Shown: piece after piece, positions 33,648 through 45,933 of the stretch | How the letters are laid out: each line of letters opens with the position of its first letter | Position numbering within the stretch: the first letter of the stretch is position 1 | From: the human T2T-CHM13v2.0 reference genome, Homo sapiens | DNA: 64,000 bases | NCBI RefSeq assembly: GCF_009914755.1 | Contig: NC_060932.1 | Direction: 5' to 3' (one strand) | Program-made: the position numbers and the translations under genes | Notes under the pieces: generated by a model | Told to the model about the DNA's origin: nothing | The model's database searches: none | What the model saw: the letters and a program-made list of their open reading frames with translations, nothing else

Positions 33648-36600
33648 TCAGCTTCCAGGTGTGACTGGAGCAGGGCTTGTCGTCTTCTTCAGGGTCACTC
33701 TGCAAGGGTTGTCTGGGCTTGGTCTTGCCTCCCAGGTTTCCGGCGCTGCAGGTTTTACACAGCTGTGGTGGTTCCAGACTGGGATTCCTTCTACCTTCAC
33801 AGCGGTGGGAGTGCTCAGGACGACAGTCTGGGGTCCGTTCCACAGTGGACACAAAGAGGCTACTTTCCAGTCCTTGATCCACACTCGATCACCTGGGGAG
33901 AAAGGGTGAACTGGGGAGAATAAACTAACAGGGCATCTCTCATTTACCCAGGCTGAGATTGTCTGTGTAATTTTTCCTAAAGCCTGTAGCTGTCGCTGTA
34001 ACTCAATTTCACCTAACTCTCAGGGAGTGCCTGGAAGTCCCCGCAATATAGGAGGGGGCCTATGATATAATATTTCATAAGGGGAATATCCTGTTCTTTT
34101 AGAAGTGGTACATCTAATTTTAAATAATACCATAGGGAGAGCCTGTATCCATTTTAATCCTGTTTCCTGACATACTTTCCCTAAACTATTTTTGATAGTT
34201 CAATTCATTCGCTCCACCTTTCCAGAACTCTGAGGCCAGGAGGCAGCATGCAGTTTCCGTGTGATCCCCAATACCTTTGCCGCCTTCTGTACTAAGTCAG
34301 CCACAAACGCCGGCCCATTATCTGAACTGATCCATAAGGGCAGTCCAAATCTAGGAATAAGATCTCGAAGAAGCACATGAGTTACTTCATGAGCTTTCTC
34401 AGTTCGTGTTGGATAAGCTTCCACCTACCCAGGGTAGGTACGCCCAAGAACTAGTAAATACTTGTTACCTCTACACTTTGGCATCTCTGTGAAGTCCATC
34501 TGGAGCTCTTCAAAGGGGGCTGTTCCATAAGTTTGTATGCCGGGTGGAACGGCTGGACCCTGCCTCGCATTATGCTGTCGGCAGGTAACACACCACTGCG
34601 TCAACGTTTCGGCAAGGGCTGACAAATGCGAGATGTAGAAATACCAGCCTAACAACTTTTCAAGTGATTCCTAACCTAGATGGGTGGTTTCACGCACAGC
34701 CAGTACAACTGCAGCTCCTAGCAGCTGTGGCACAGCTACTCTCCCATCCGGTAACCGAATTCATCCTTCCTCCATCACTTGTCCTCTCTCTGCCTGGAGA
34801 AAGTCCTTTTCTTCTTTAGAATAAATAGGTACCAGATCAGGTGCTTGAGGGAGCAGGGGGGTTGTGATTGATGCCCAGAAGGGGGCAGATGCTGCTTTTC
34901 GAGCCTCTAAGTCAGCGCAGGAATTCCCTAAACCCACCAAGGTGGAAGCTCGCTTGTGTCCTCTGCAATGCATAACTGCCACCTTGTGGGGTCTCCATAC
35001 GGCTTTTAATAATTGCAAGATTTATTGTTGATATTTTATGTCTTTTCCCCCAGAGTTCAATAAGCCCTTTTCTTTATATAATGTTCCATGCATTTGAAGG
35101 GTTGAAAAGGCATATTGAGAGTGAGTGTAAATGTTGACATTCTTAGCTTCACTGAGTTCTAAGGCCCGAATGAAAGCAATGAGTTCAGCTTTCTGAGCTG
35201 AAGTGCCCTGGGGAAACGATCTGGCTTCAGCAACAGTGTCCAGAGTTACCACCGCATAGCTTGCACATCTCTCTCCCTGTGGGTTGATGAAGCTGCTCCC
35301 AGCCACGTGTAGTTCCTAGTCTACTGATGCCTAAGGCTGTTCCTGGAGGTTAGGTCTGCTAGAGTAAACTGAGTCCAACACTTCTACACAGTCATGCTCG
35401 ACAGGGCTCTCTGATACTGGGAGCAAGGTAGCGGGGTGTAGGGTGTTACAAACCTCAATGGTTATGCGGGGATTTTCACAGAGCAAACTTTGGTACTTAG
35501 TGAGTCTAGCATTCATTAGCCAATGATGTCCTTTAGTATTCATGAAAGTCACCACAGCATGGGGGGCCTTTACGTTCAGGTTTTGTCCAAGAGTCAGCTT
35601 ATCTGCTTCTTGTACTAGCAGGGCAGTTGCTGCCAAGGCCCTCAAACAAGGGGCATCCTTTAGAAACCCCGTCTAGTTGTTTAGAGAGGTAGGCCACCGG
35701 CCTTGGCCAGGGCCCCACAGTTTGGGTTAAAACACCAACTGCCATCTTTTCTCTTTCTGACACATACAATGGAAAAGGCTTTATTAGATCGGGTAGCCCC
35801 AGGGCTGGGGCTGACATAAGTCTTTCCTTTAACTCATGAAAGGCTTGCTGTTGCTGGCATCCCCATTCAGAAAGTTCCCGGTCCCCCCACTTTGTGACCT
35901 CATACAAAGGCTTGGCTAATACTGCAAAGTTTGGGATTTACAGTCTGCAAAACCCCACAGCCCTTAAAAATGCTCTCACCTGCCTTCTGGTCTTAGGCTC
36001 CGGTAGATTGCAAATGACCTACTTTCTTTCTGATCCTAGGCTGCTCTCCCCCTGTCGGATAGTAAATCCTAAGTAACGTACCTGCTGTCGGCAGATCTGA
36101 GCTTTTTTCTTGGACACCTTATACCCACAGTCCTCCAGGTGCCGCAGTAGAGCATCTGTTCCCTTGGCGCACCCGACTGCCGTGGGGTGTCCCAGCAAAA
36201 GATCATCAACCTACTGGAGCAACACGCAGTCTAGGTCTCTGGTGGGAAACTTCTGGAGGTCTCGAGGCAATGTCTCCCCGAAGATAGTGGGGGAGTTCTT
36301 GAACCCTTGGGGAAGCCGGGTCCAAGTGTACTGAGTAGTGACACCTGACTCCGGATCTTCCCACTGAAAGGCAAACAGCTTCTGGCTCTCAGGGGCTAAT
36401 CTGATGCTAAAGAAAGCATCTTTCAGGTCCAAGCAGGTGAAGCAGCTGTCCTCAGCTGGCAGCAACCCCAGCAATGTGTACGGGTTAGGTACTGCTGGAT
36501 GTAAAGTCACTGTAGCCTGATGAAGCAAGCGCAAATCCTGTACCGGCCTGTAGTCCTTGGTCCTAGGCTTGGGAACAGGCAGGAGGGGAGTGTTCCATGG

Positions 36601-37235
36601 AGACTGACAAGGAACTCTAATTCCAAAAGTTCTTAGGTGCTTGAGATGGACCTGGATACCTTCAAGAGCTTCTCTGGGGACCGGCTCCTGTTTTTGCCTA
36701 AATGGCTGGGCCCTAGGCTTAACTTCTATAAGTACGGGGGCTTGGTTGACTGCCAACCCTGGAGGGTTGTCTTCCACCCGTACTTTTGGCCACCGCTTAG
36801 CCAGAGCTGGTCTTATCTCTTGGCCCGGCTCAGTTAAGAAAAGTCTCCATTCCTCCTCTCGGGGGACGGTAAGGGTCATAATGACTCCCGTTCCGGGTAA
36901 CTTTAGCAGCGAAGAGCCATGCTCTGTAAAAGAGATAGTGGCTCTCTGTTTGCTAAGCAAGTCCCTTCCCAATAAGGGCAAGGGACAGTCAGGCGTGGAC
37001 AAAAACTGATGAATCACTTTATGTCCTCCTACAGTACAAGTCCAGGGCAAGCAGAAACTTGCTTTGCGGAAACCCCTGTGGCTCCGATGATGTCAATAAT
37101 CTTTTTGTATAAGGGGGCGACCGGGGCGGTTACTACCGAATGTTTAGCACCAGTATCTACAAGAAAATCAATGTCTTTACCCCTAACTGTCATCCTGAAC
37201 ATAGGCTCTTTCGGGGTCCTTGAGCCCGGTCCCCC
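33648..37235 (-). pseudogene. pol: HERV-E pro-pol, defective
   Basis: FLVDTGA protease; RT LPQGFKNSP with YVDD changed to *VDD (36211-36213); RNase H SAQKAELIA; IN LQMDF...SDNGPAF...GKVERMN; many stops. Confidence 0.92.
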
Positions 37236-38842
37236 TCAGTCCAATAACCCTTCTGCCAGGTTGAGCAGGGCCCCTTTCTCCTTGTCTGGAGCCTCTTGCT
37301 CCGAATCACCTTGTTTTCTTTTTAGCTGAGGGCATTTGCTCTTCCAATGTCCTATTTCTTTACAATAAACACACTGATTACGCTGCAACCTTTGACAGCC
37401 AGGCTGAGTTTCTTTCCCGGGGCCTCCCTTCCCTTGCCTCTTTTGGGGGACCCCTCTGTTTGCTGCCGCTAACAGGTCGGCGTTTCGCTGGGCCTGACGT
37501 TCCTTCTCTCTGCAGTTTTCCTTATGGCTTACTGCATCCCTGTTTACAAACACCTGGTTAGCTACTTCTAATAACTGTGATGTGTTCATCCCTGCAAACC
37601 CAGCCTGTTTCTGCAGTTTTCTTCTAATGTCTTCTGCGCTTTGACTAACTAAAGCCATGTTAATCATGCATTGATTTTCAGGGCTATCGGGATCAAAGGG
37701 TGTATACATACCATAGGCATCACACAGTCTCTCCTAGAATTGTGCTGGACTTTCTTCTTTTCTCTGAATGACCTCAGAGACCTTGTTAACATTTGTGGCC
37801 TCCTGGGCTCCCCTCTTTAATCCTTCCAAGAGAGCTTCCCTGTATCGGTTTAGCCTTTGCATATCCTCTCTTTCATTTGGGTCCTTCTGGGGGTCGGTTC
37901 CAGTAACTGGGTCCTTACATACTCTTGGGGGTTTTGGTAATCAGCCGGTGCATGTTCCTCTAGCCACTTAGTTGCTGCTTCTAGCACTCTCCATTTTTCA
38001 TCTGTGTTAAAGAGGAACATGTGCAGCTGGTGACAATCAGTCCAAGTGGGGTTGTGGGTCTGGATATTAGTTTGGAGCAAATCAATTAGAGCTTGTGGCT
38101 TTTTGGTATAGGATGGGGTACTATTTTTCCAGTTGAGAAGGTGGGCAGAGGTGAAGGGCTGGTACACAGAAACACGCCTCCCCACCACATGACCATCCTC
38201 ATCTATCCCTGTATACCGCTGCTCTCTCAGGAGCATTTGGATCCCCGTTTTGGGTCTTAAACGAGCTGCCAAGGGAGGGGTTCCTCCCGAGTCCTCACCT
38301 CTTCTTTTGTATACTCTGGATTGCCTAGGGATATGTTTGTCTTGTGGAGGCCCAAGCACTGTGGACTCAAAAGTGGGGAGCCTTTCTCCCTGGTAAGGGG
38401 AGGGCACCACTGGGATCACTGGTGCCATCTCCTGCAATGCATGTTCTGCTGTTGGGTTGAACAGATCTTCAGGTGTTGATTTCCCTCGGCGGGTGGAGCA
38501 CGATCCTTCCTTGGCTATCTGTCCCTACGCTACTAGCACTGCTGCTGCCTGCCCTCTTAGCCACTGTGGGGGGTTTAGCATCAGCTGTAACCAAGTGTCT
38601 ATGTATGGAAACTGGTCTGAGTGTCCTGACTTACCAATTACCTTGTGCCATACCTTAGAAACAAGGGACCTGCCCAGGCTTCCTTCTGATGGCCAACCCA
38701 CTTCTAAAGCTGGGCAATCTATTTCACACAAAGTTCTAAATTTCCCTGGTGTCGTAGTAACCCTATAGTCTCCATTAAATCCTTTCTTAAAATTTTTCAT
38801 CATAGTTCCTAGCAGAGTAGGCTTACTTTGTGTCTGACCCAC
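37236..38842 (-). pseudogene. gag: HERV-E gag, defective
   Basis: Start codon changed to GTG (V-GQTQSKPT); WPSEGSL; zinc knuckle CVYCKEIGHWKSKC; several stops and frameshifts. Confidence 0.9.
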
Positions 38843-39366
38843 GTTTCCTCGAGACAAAACACCAAGCTCACACCACACGCACACCACAGAACAAAGAATG
38901 AGTAAAAAGGGCACACACACACTTTTTCAGTTTTCACCAAACCAGAATCAAAACCAAAATCGGAGTATCCAGAAATCCAAGCCAGGTCAAACCAAAACCA
39001 AAGTATCAAGCAATTCAATTCAAGTCAAAAACAAAAACCAAAGTGCCAGTACAGGCACGCCGTGGGTGATCAGGCCACACTTCCACTCAAATAGAGTGGG
39101 CAAGTTCCAAAGACCAGTCTTACCAAGTTTCAAATGTCCAGACTCCAAGTGCCTGTTCCTTCCCGGTGTTCACCCACTATGTTGATCCTCCACCGGGGCC
39201 TACCACACACTGCTCTGACGAGGCATTCCACCGGGTCAATTGCCTACCCAGGAGAGCTCTCAGGATCCGCGTCGCTCAAACTGGCAGGAGTCCCCCGCAG
39301 GGATGCTCCACAGGGCAGGCCTAAGCCGCCTAAAGGGCTGCCTCAACTGTCCATCAATTACCTCGC

Positions 39367-39384
39367 TTCCCGGTCAGGGAACCA
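39367..39384 (-). promoter_or_regulatory. HERV-E primer binding site (tRNA-Glu)
   Basis: TGGTTCCCTGACCGGGAA. Confidence 0.9.
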
Positions 39385-39391
39385 AGACTAG

Positions 39392-41300
39392 GGTGGGGGC
39401 AGTCTTTAAAGCTGTCTTCAAGGAACAGAAAGAGGAGTGGGGAAAGGATTTAGGATCTATGGGGTCAGCTAGGTTTCCTTTTGTGAGTTTATATAATGGT
39501 TTTGTTAGGATGGCAAAACCAGATATCTAAAGGTGAAAGTGTCCAACCATGCCCAGGAAGGAAAGGAGTTGTTGTTTTGTAGAAGGGGTTGGGGTTTGAG
39601 AGATGAGTCACACACGATCGGCAGAGAGAGCACGTGTGTTTTTATGAGAATTATGCTGAGATAGGTAACAGATAAGGGAGAAATTTGGGCTTGACTGAAG
39701 TAATGGGGGCTGTCTGTGAAGCTTTGCGACAGTACAGCCCAGGTAATTTGCTGAGCTTGATGGGTGTCAGGGTCAGTCCAAGTGAAAGCGAAGAGTGACT
39801 GGGATGAAGGGTGCAAAGGAATAGTAAAGAAAGCATGTTTGAGATTCAGAACAGAATAATGGGTTGTGGAGGGAGGAACTGAGGATAGGAGAGTATATGT
39901 GTTTGGCACCTTGGGGTGGATAGGCAAAACAATTTGGTTGATAAGGCACAGATCTTGAACTAACTTGTAAGGCTTGTCTGGTTTTAGGACAGGTAAAATG
40001 GGGGAATTGTAAGGAGAGTTTATAGGCTTTAAAAGGCCATGCTGTAGCAGGTGAGTGATAACAGGCTTTAATCCTTTCAAAGCATGCTGTGGGATGGGAT
40101 ATTGGCATTGAGAGGGGTAAGAGTGATTAGGTTTTAATGAGATGGTAAGGGGTGCATGATAGGTTGCCAAGGAGGGAATAGAGGTATCTTCTACTTGTGG
40201 GTTAAGGTGGGTGGCAATGAGATGTGGCTGTAGTCCAGGAATAGTCAGGGAAGCAGATAATTTAGTTAAAGTGTCTCGGCCTAATAAGGGAACTGGGCAG
40301 GTGGGGACAACTAAAAAGGAGTGCTTAAAAGAGTATTGTCTAAGTTGGCACCAGAGTTGGGGAGTTTTAAGAGGTTTAGAAGCCTGGCTGTCAATACTCA
40401 CAACAGTTATGGAGGGAAGGGAAACAGGCCCTTGAAAAGAAGGTAATGTGGAGTGGTTAGCCTCCGTATTGATTAAGAAGGGGATGGACTTATCCTCCAC
40501 TGTGAGAGTTACCTAGAGCGTCTGTGATGGTCCTGTAGGCTTCCGAGGTGATCTATCAGGCAGTGTCAGTCTTCAGCTGCTAAGCCAAGAAGATCTGGGA
40601 AGGAATCAGTCAGAGAGCCTTGGGCTGGGGTTCCAGGGGCTCTAGGAGTGGCTGCCAGGCGAGTTGAACAGTCCGATTTCTAGTTGGGTCTCGCACAGAT
40701 GGGACATGGCTCAGGAGGAATCCCGGGCTGCAGGCATTCCTTGGTCTGGTGGCCAGATTTCTGGCACTTGTAGCAAGCTCCTGGGGTAGGTGGTTCTGGA
40801 GGAATGCCTGGCCACTGCGCTTTAGGCGTTTGGAAGTTCTTGTGTGCTGGAGATTTGGCTGGGCTTTGTCTCACAGTGGAGGCAAGGAATTGCAACTGAG
40901 AAATATGTTGCTGCTAGGCTGCCTCTACTCCATTATTGTACACCTTGAAGTTGAGGTTAATTAAGTCCTGTTGTGGGGTTTGAGGGCCGGAATTTAATTT
41001 TGGAGTTTTATTTAATGTCGGGAGCAGATTGGGTAATAAAATGTATATTGAGAATAAGACGGCCTTTTGACGTTTTAGGGTCTAGGGCTGTAAAGCATCT
41101 CAGGGTTGCTGCCAAACGAGCCATGAACTGGGGTGGATTTTTATATTTGATGAAAAAGAGGCTAAATGCTATCTGATTTGGGATAAAGAAAAAGGAGCAT
41201 TAACCTTGACTATGTCTTTAGCTCCAGGCACCTGTTTAAGAGTAAATTGCTGGGCAGGTGGGGGAGGGCTAGTCACGGAATTAAACTGTAAGCCAGACCC
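39392..41300 (-). pseudogene. HERV-H gag 3' part and pro-pol 5' part, defective
   Basis: Zinc knuckle CYKCQKSGHQTKEC. ORF 39505-40500 has protease DTG changed to NTE and LLGRD; RT SPYNSPILPV, LVQDL, HAFFTIPL; LPQG changed to LSQS; YxDD region deleted. Confidence 0.88.
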
Positions 41301-41874
41301 AGTGTGAGGAGGGGAGGTGATAAAAGGATTATAGGGTGGAGAAGTGGAGGCTGAGGAAGAATTGGGACCTAGCTCAGGCTGGCCAGGATGGGAGAGGTCA
41401 GATGGGTCTGTAGAAAAGGAAGATTAGAAAGACTCAGCGACACTTGGGGTTGGGACTGAGGGGACAGGTGGGAGGGAAAGGAGGAAGATTTCGGATGAGT
41501 TGCACTGGGAACAGAGACTAGGGAGGGACCAATGTGTAAAAGAATGCCTGGACATCAGGCATCTCAGATCATTTGCCCATCTTATGACAAGAAGTATCTA
41601 GATCTTGTAGGATGGAAAAATTGAAAGTGCCATTCTCTGGCTATTTGGAACCACTGCTGAGTTTGTATTGGGGTCAAGTAGCATTGTAGAAGAAAATAAG
41701 GCATTTAGGTTTTAGGTCAGGTGTGAGTTGAAGAGGTTTTAGGTTTTGAAGAACACAGCGTAAGGGAGAAGAAAGGGGAATGGAAGGCGGAAGCTTGCCC
41801 ATAGTGAAGGAGGCAAGCCTAGAGAAAAGAGAGTAGAGACATGGAGAGAAGGGGTGGAGGGTTCTTGCCTTCCA

Positions 41875-42140
41875 GAATAGAGGGAAAGGGTTGGGGGCAC
41901 AGAAATAAAGGGTTGGGGTGCAGAGATAAGAGGTCAGGTTGTGGAAATAAGGGATCGGGACACAGAGATGAGGTCAGGGCATGGAAATAAGGGATCGGGG
42001 TGCAGAGATAAGAGGTCGGGGTTCCTGTCCCTCCCCCAGAAAAGTGGGACATGCTGCTAAGGGTGAAGGAGAAGGGGTTGAGGGGTTCTTGTCCCTCCCC
42101 CAGAAAAGCAGGTCTTGCTGCTAAGGGTGAAGGAACAAGG
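41875..42140 (-). repeat. HERV-H leader tandem repeats
   Basis: Reiterated ggggtgcagagataagaggtc / ggaaataagggatcggg and ctaagggtgaagga units. Confidence 0.75.
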
Positions 42141-42419
42141 CAGGCATCCCTGCATGGTCTGACACCTCTGAAACCTCGGTGAATAATCAGAGAGGTGTCC
42201 CTGCAATGATTAAACACCAAGGAAAGGCTGCCTTCCCTAGTCCGTGACTGGTGCCAGAGTTTTGGGTCCACAGATAAAACGTGTCCCCTTTGTCTCTACC
42301 AGAAAATGAAAGGAATTGAAATTAAGAGAAGGGAGAGATTGAAGTGTGGTGCCAAGATTGGGAGGAGAAAGAGGTGGAGGGATAGTGAGGGAGGTTGGAG
42401 AAGAGAGTAAAAAGAAGCC

Positions 42420-42430
42420 GCTTACCAGAT
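42420..42430 (-). promoter_or_regulatory. HERV-H major splice donor
   Basis: aaatctg|GTAAGC about 125 nt downstream of the PBS. Confidence 0.75.
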
Positions 42431-42551
42431 TTGAAATTGGTGAGATGTTTCTTGGGCTGGTCAGTCTGAGAACCTGAAGTCATAGGTGGATCTTTCTCAC
42501 AGAGCAAAGAGCAGGAGGACAGGGGATTGATCTCCCAAGGGAAGTCCCTCG

Positions 42552-42569
42552 ATCCCAGTCACGGCACCA
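42552..42569 (-). promoter_or_regulatory. HERV-H primer binding site (tRNA-His)
   Basis: TGGTGCCGTGACTGGGAT. Confidence 0.9.
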
Positions 42570-42571
42570 AA

Positions 42572-42925
42572 TTTCACATGCATCCATGTGAAGAGACCAC
42601 CAAACAGGCTTTGTGTGAGCAGTAAAGCTGTTTATTTCACCTGGGTACAGGTGGGCTGAGTCCAAAAAGAGAGTCAGTGAAGGGAGATAGGGGTGGGGCA
42701 ATTTTATAGGATTTGGGTAGGTAAAGGAAAAAGGGGGGTTGTTCTCTGGCAGGCAGGAGTGGGGGCCACAAGGTGCTCAGTAGGGGAGCTTTGGAGCCAG
42801 GATGAGCAAGGAGAAGGAATTTCACAAGGTAATGTCATCAGTTAAGGCAGGAACCGGCCATCTGGATATGTACATGCAGGTCACAGGAGATAATGATGGC
42901 TTAGCTTGGGCTCAGAGGACTGACA
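42572..42925 (-). mobile_element. HERV-H 5' LTR7 (one U3 repeat unit)
   Basis: tgtcagtcctctgagcccaagctaagcc...catgtgaaa followed by the PBS. Confidence 0.93.
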
Positions 42926-43097
42926 CTCTTCCTCCAGAGGAGGAGACCCAGACAGAAGAGGAGGAGGCAAGGTGATCACAGAGGCAGAGATTGGATCATG
43001 CAGCCACAAGTTGAGGAATTCTAGTAGCCTCTACAAGCTGGAAGACGCAAGGAATGGATTCTCCCCTAGAACCTCTGAAGGAGCATTCTCCTGCTGA

Positions 43098-43446
<349 letters not shown>

Positions 43447-43689
43447 CAGACATTGTTTGAAGCCACCCATTTCATGGTTCTTTGCTGCAGTGGTTGTGGA
43501 ATATGAATGCACTCGTGCTGTTGGTTAGACTTTGCTGACCTTGTGTCTGTTATTCCCTGGCAGTTCTACAAGGCCTGGAGCTGATAGGAAAAACCTCCCT
43601 TCTTTCCCAAATGGTCCCCAGCTGCCCCGTTCACTGAAGGCCCTGCAGTCAGGAACGGTCAGGACTTCACACCCAGTTGTTGTGGGTGT

Positions 43690-43870
43690 TTGGCCGACAC
43701 GACACTTCCTCTTGTGTGATTCATGGACCCGCAGCATTGCGTCACCTGGGAGCTTTTGGTATTGAAGACTCTCAGGGCTCACCCGGAAGGACCTGCTGGG
43801 CCAGAATCTACATTTTAACAAGATGCCCAGGTGATTTGCATACACGTTCAGATCTGAGAAGCGCTAGTAG
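43690..43870. mobile_element. MER5A-type DNA transposon
   Basis: cagcattgcgtcacctgggagctt...agaatctacattttaacaagat...tctgagaagcgc. Confidence 0.7.
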
Positions 43871-44219
43871 GTGAGGCTTTAAGGTGGTAATTAGATCTTT
43901 TCTCCACCTGCAAGAATCTTAGTTTCTTCATGTTAAATCTATTAACTGTGGCAATGGCATGGGGGGTTATAAAACAAAACAAAATCCTTACATCAAGAAT
44001 GCACCCTGGTGTGTTATGGATGTGGGTGAAATGAAATGTCTGGAATTTGCTTTAAAATATCCTAAAATAGCAAGAAGGAAAAGAAAAGTGGGAACTGGAA
44101 TGAGATTGGCGAAATGTTGACAAGTTCTTGCAGTGGGATGATGGGTGCATGGGGGTTCATGGTGTAATTCTCTCCCTGATTTTTGTGCATATGGAAAATT
44201 TCCATAATGAAAAGTTAGA

Positions 44220-44511
44220 GGTCAGGCACGGTGGCTCATGCCTGTAATCTCAGCATTTTGGGAGGCTGAGGTGGGTAGATTGCTTTAACCTAGGAGTTCA
44301 AGACCATCCTGGACAACATGGTGAAATCCCATCTCTACTAAAAATGCAAAAATTAGGCATGGTGAAAACATGCCTGTAGTCATGTTGAGGTACGAGGTTG
44401 AGAACTGAGAATCACTTGAACCAAGGAGGCGGAGGTTGCAGTGAGCGGAGATCCAGTGAGCTGGAGATCACTCCAGCCTGGGTGACAGAGTGAGACTTGG
44501 TCTCAAAAAAA
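44220..44511 (+). mobile_element. Alu (S/J), right arm partly degraded
   Basis: Alu forward with a short A tail. Confidence 0.88.
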
Positions 44512-44518
44512 TTTTTAA

Positions 44519-44819
<301 letters not shown>

Positions 44820-44820
44820 T

Positions 44821-45132
<312 letters not shown>

Positions 45133-45522
45133 TCAACTGTTTTTCATGACTCCACTTTTTCTCTCCTCTTGGAAATGTGTAGTCTTTGAGGGAATGTCAT
45201 TTTGTCTCAATCTCTGGTTTCTTTGCTCAGTGCACCTGTGTTTGGGGCTTTGTTGATCTCCAGGCCTTTTTTCAGCAGCGTTGTCCCTGGAGAGCAGGAT
45301 GGGAGCTGATGGCTTCTCAGCATCTTTTAACTCAGTTTAAAGATGACTATCAACAACATCTAGTCAGCATCTGTTGCTCTAGGCAACTGGGACTTCATTT
45401 CCTTTCTCTTTCTCCACCTCTCTAACCTCTTTAAGACTCTGTCTTTGTCATGGGTACAGCATCACCTGTGTGGCCCTTAGGCTCCCTTACTTACATGTGA
45501 TCTGCATATTATGTCTTTACTT

Positions 45523-45744
45523 CAGGGCTTTTCAGCCAGGGGGTGATTTTGCCCCCCAGAGAACACGTGGCCATGTCTGGAGACAATTTTGGTGGTTGCG
45601 GCTGGAGGAGGTGGTGCTACTGGCAGCTAATGGGTAGAGGCCAGCGATGCTGCTAAGCATCCTACAATGCCCCGGACAACTCCCACTAAGACAAAAGAAT
45701 GATCCAGCCCCAAATGTCAATAGTGCTGAAAGTGAGAGACCCTG
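45523..45744. mobile_element. MER20 DNA transposon
   Basis: ggtgattttgcccccca...atgtctggagac...gggtagaggccag...aaatgtcaatagtgctga. Confidence 0.88.
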
Positions 45745-45915
45745 ATTCCATCTTAGAGATCATCCAAGCACACTTGGCCAAATTGTTTTTGCTACTGTCC
45801 CATGAAGAAAAGGCAGACTCATTACCGATGGCAACATCGATGGGAGTTTTGCTTAGCTCTTCTTTGTGGACTTTGGGATACGGTGTCTTACCATTTGTGC
45901 AAGTTGTGCATTGCT

Positions 45916-45933
45916 TACCTCCAGGGGGCGCCA
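45916..45933 (+). promoter_or_regulatory. Candidate CTCF site
   Basis: TACCTCCAGGGGGCGCCA matches the CTCF core CC-A/T-C-CAGGGGGCGC. Confidence 0.55.

Larger units (their letters stand above)
31063..39387 (-). mobile_element. HERV-E provirus lacking its 5' LTR
   Basis: Starts TCT+PBS-Glu at 39387; gag-pro-pol-env; 3' LTR at 31063-31559; CTAG duplicated at 31059-31062 and 39388-39391. Confidence 0.94.

Noticed and set aside
39505-40500. 331-aa open HERV-H pro-RT frame as a functional enzyme
   Set aside because: Protease catalytic Asp is lost (NTEA), LPQG is altered and the YxDD region is deleted.
41875-42140. Short spaced repeats resembling a CRISPR-like array
   Set aside because: These are degenerate tandem repeats of the HERV-H leader with no unique spacers, in eukaryotic DNA.
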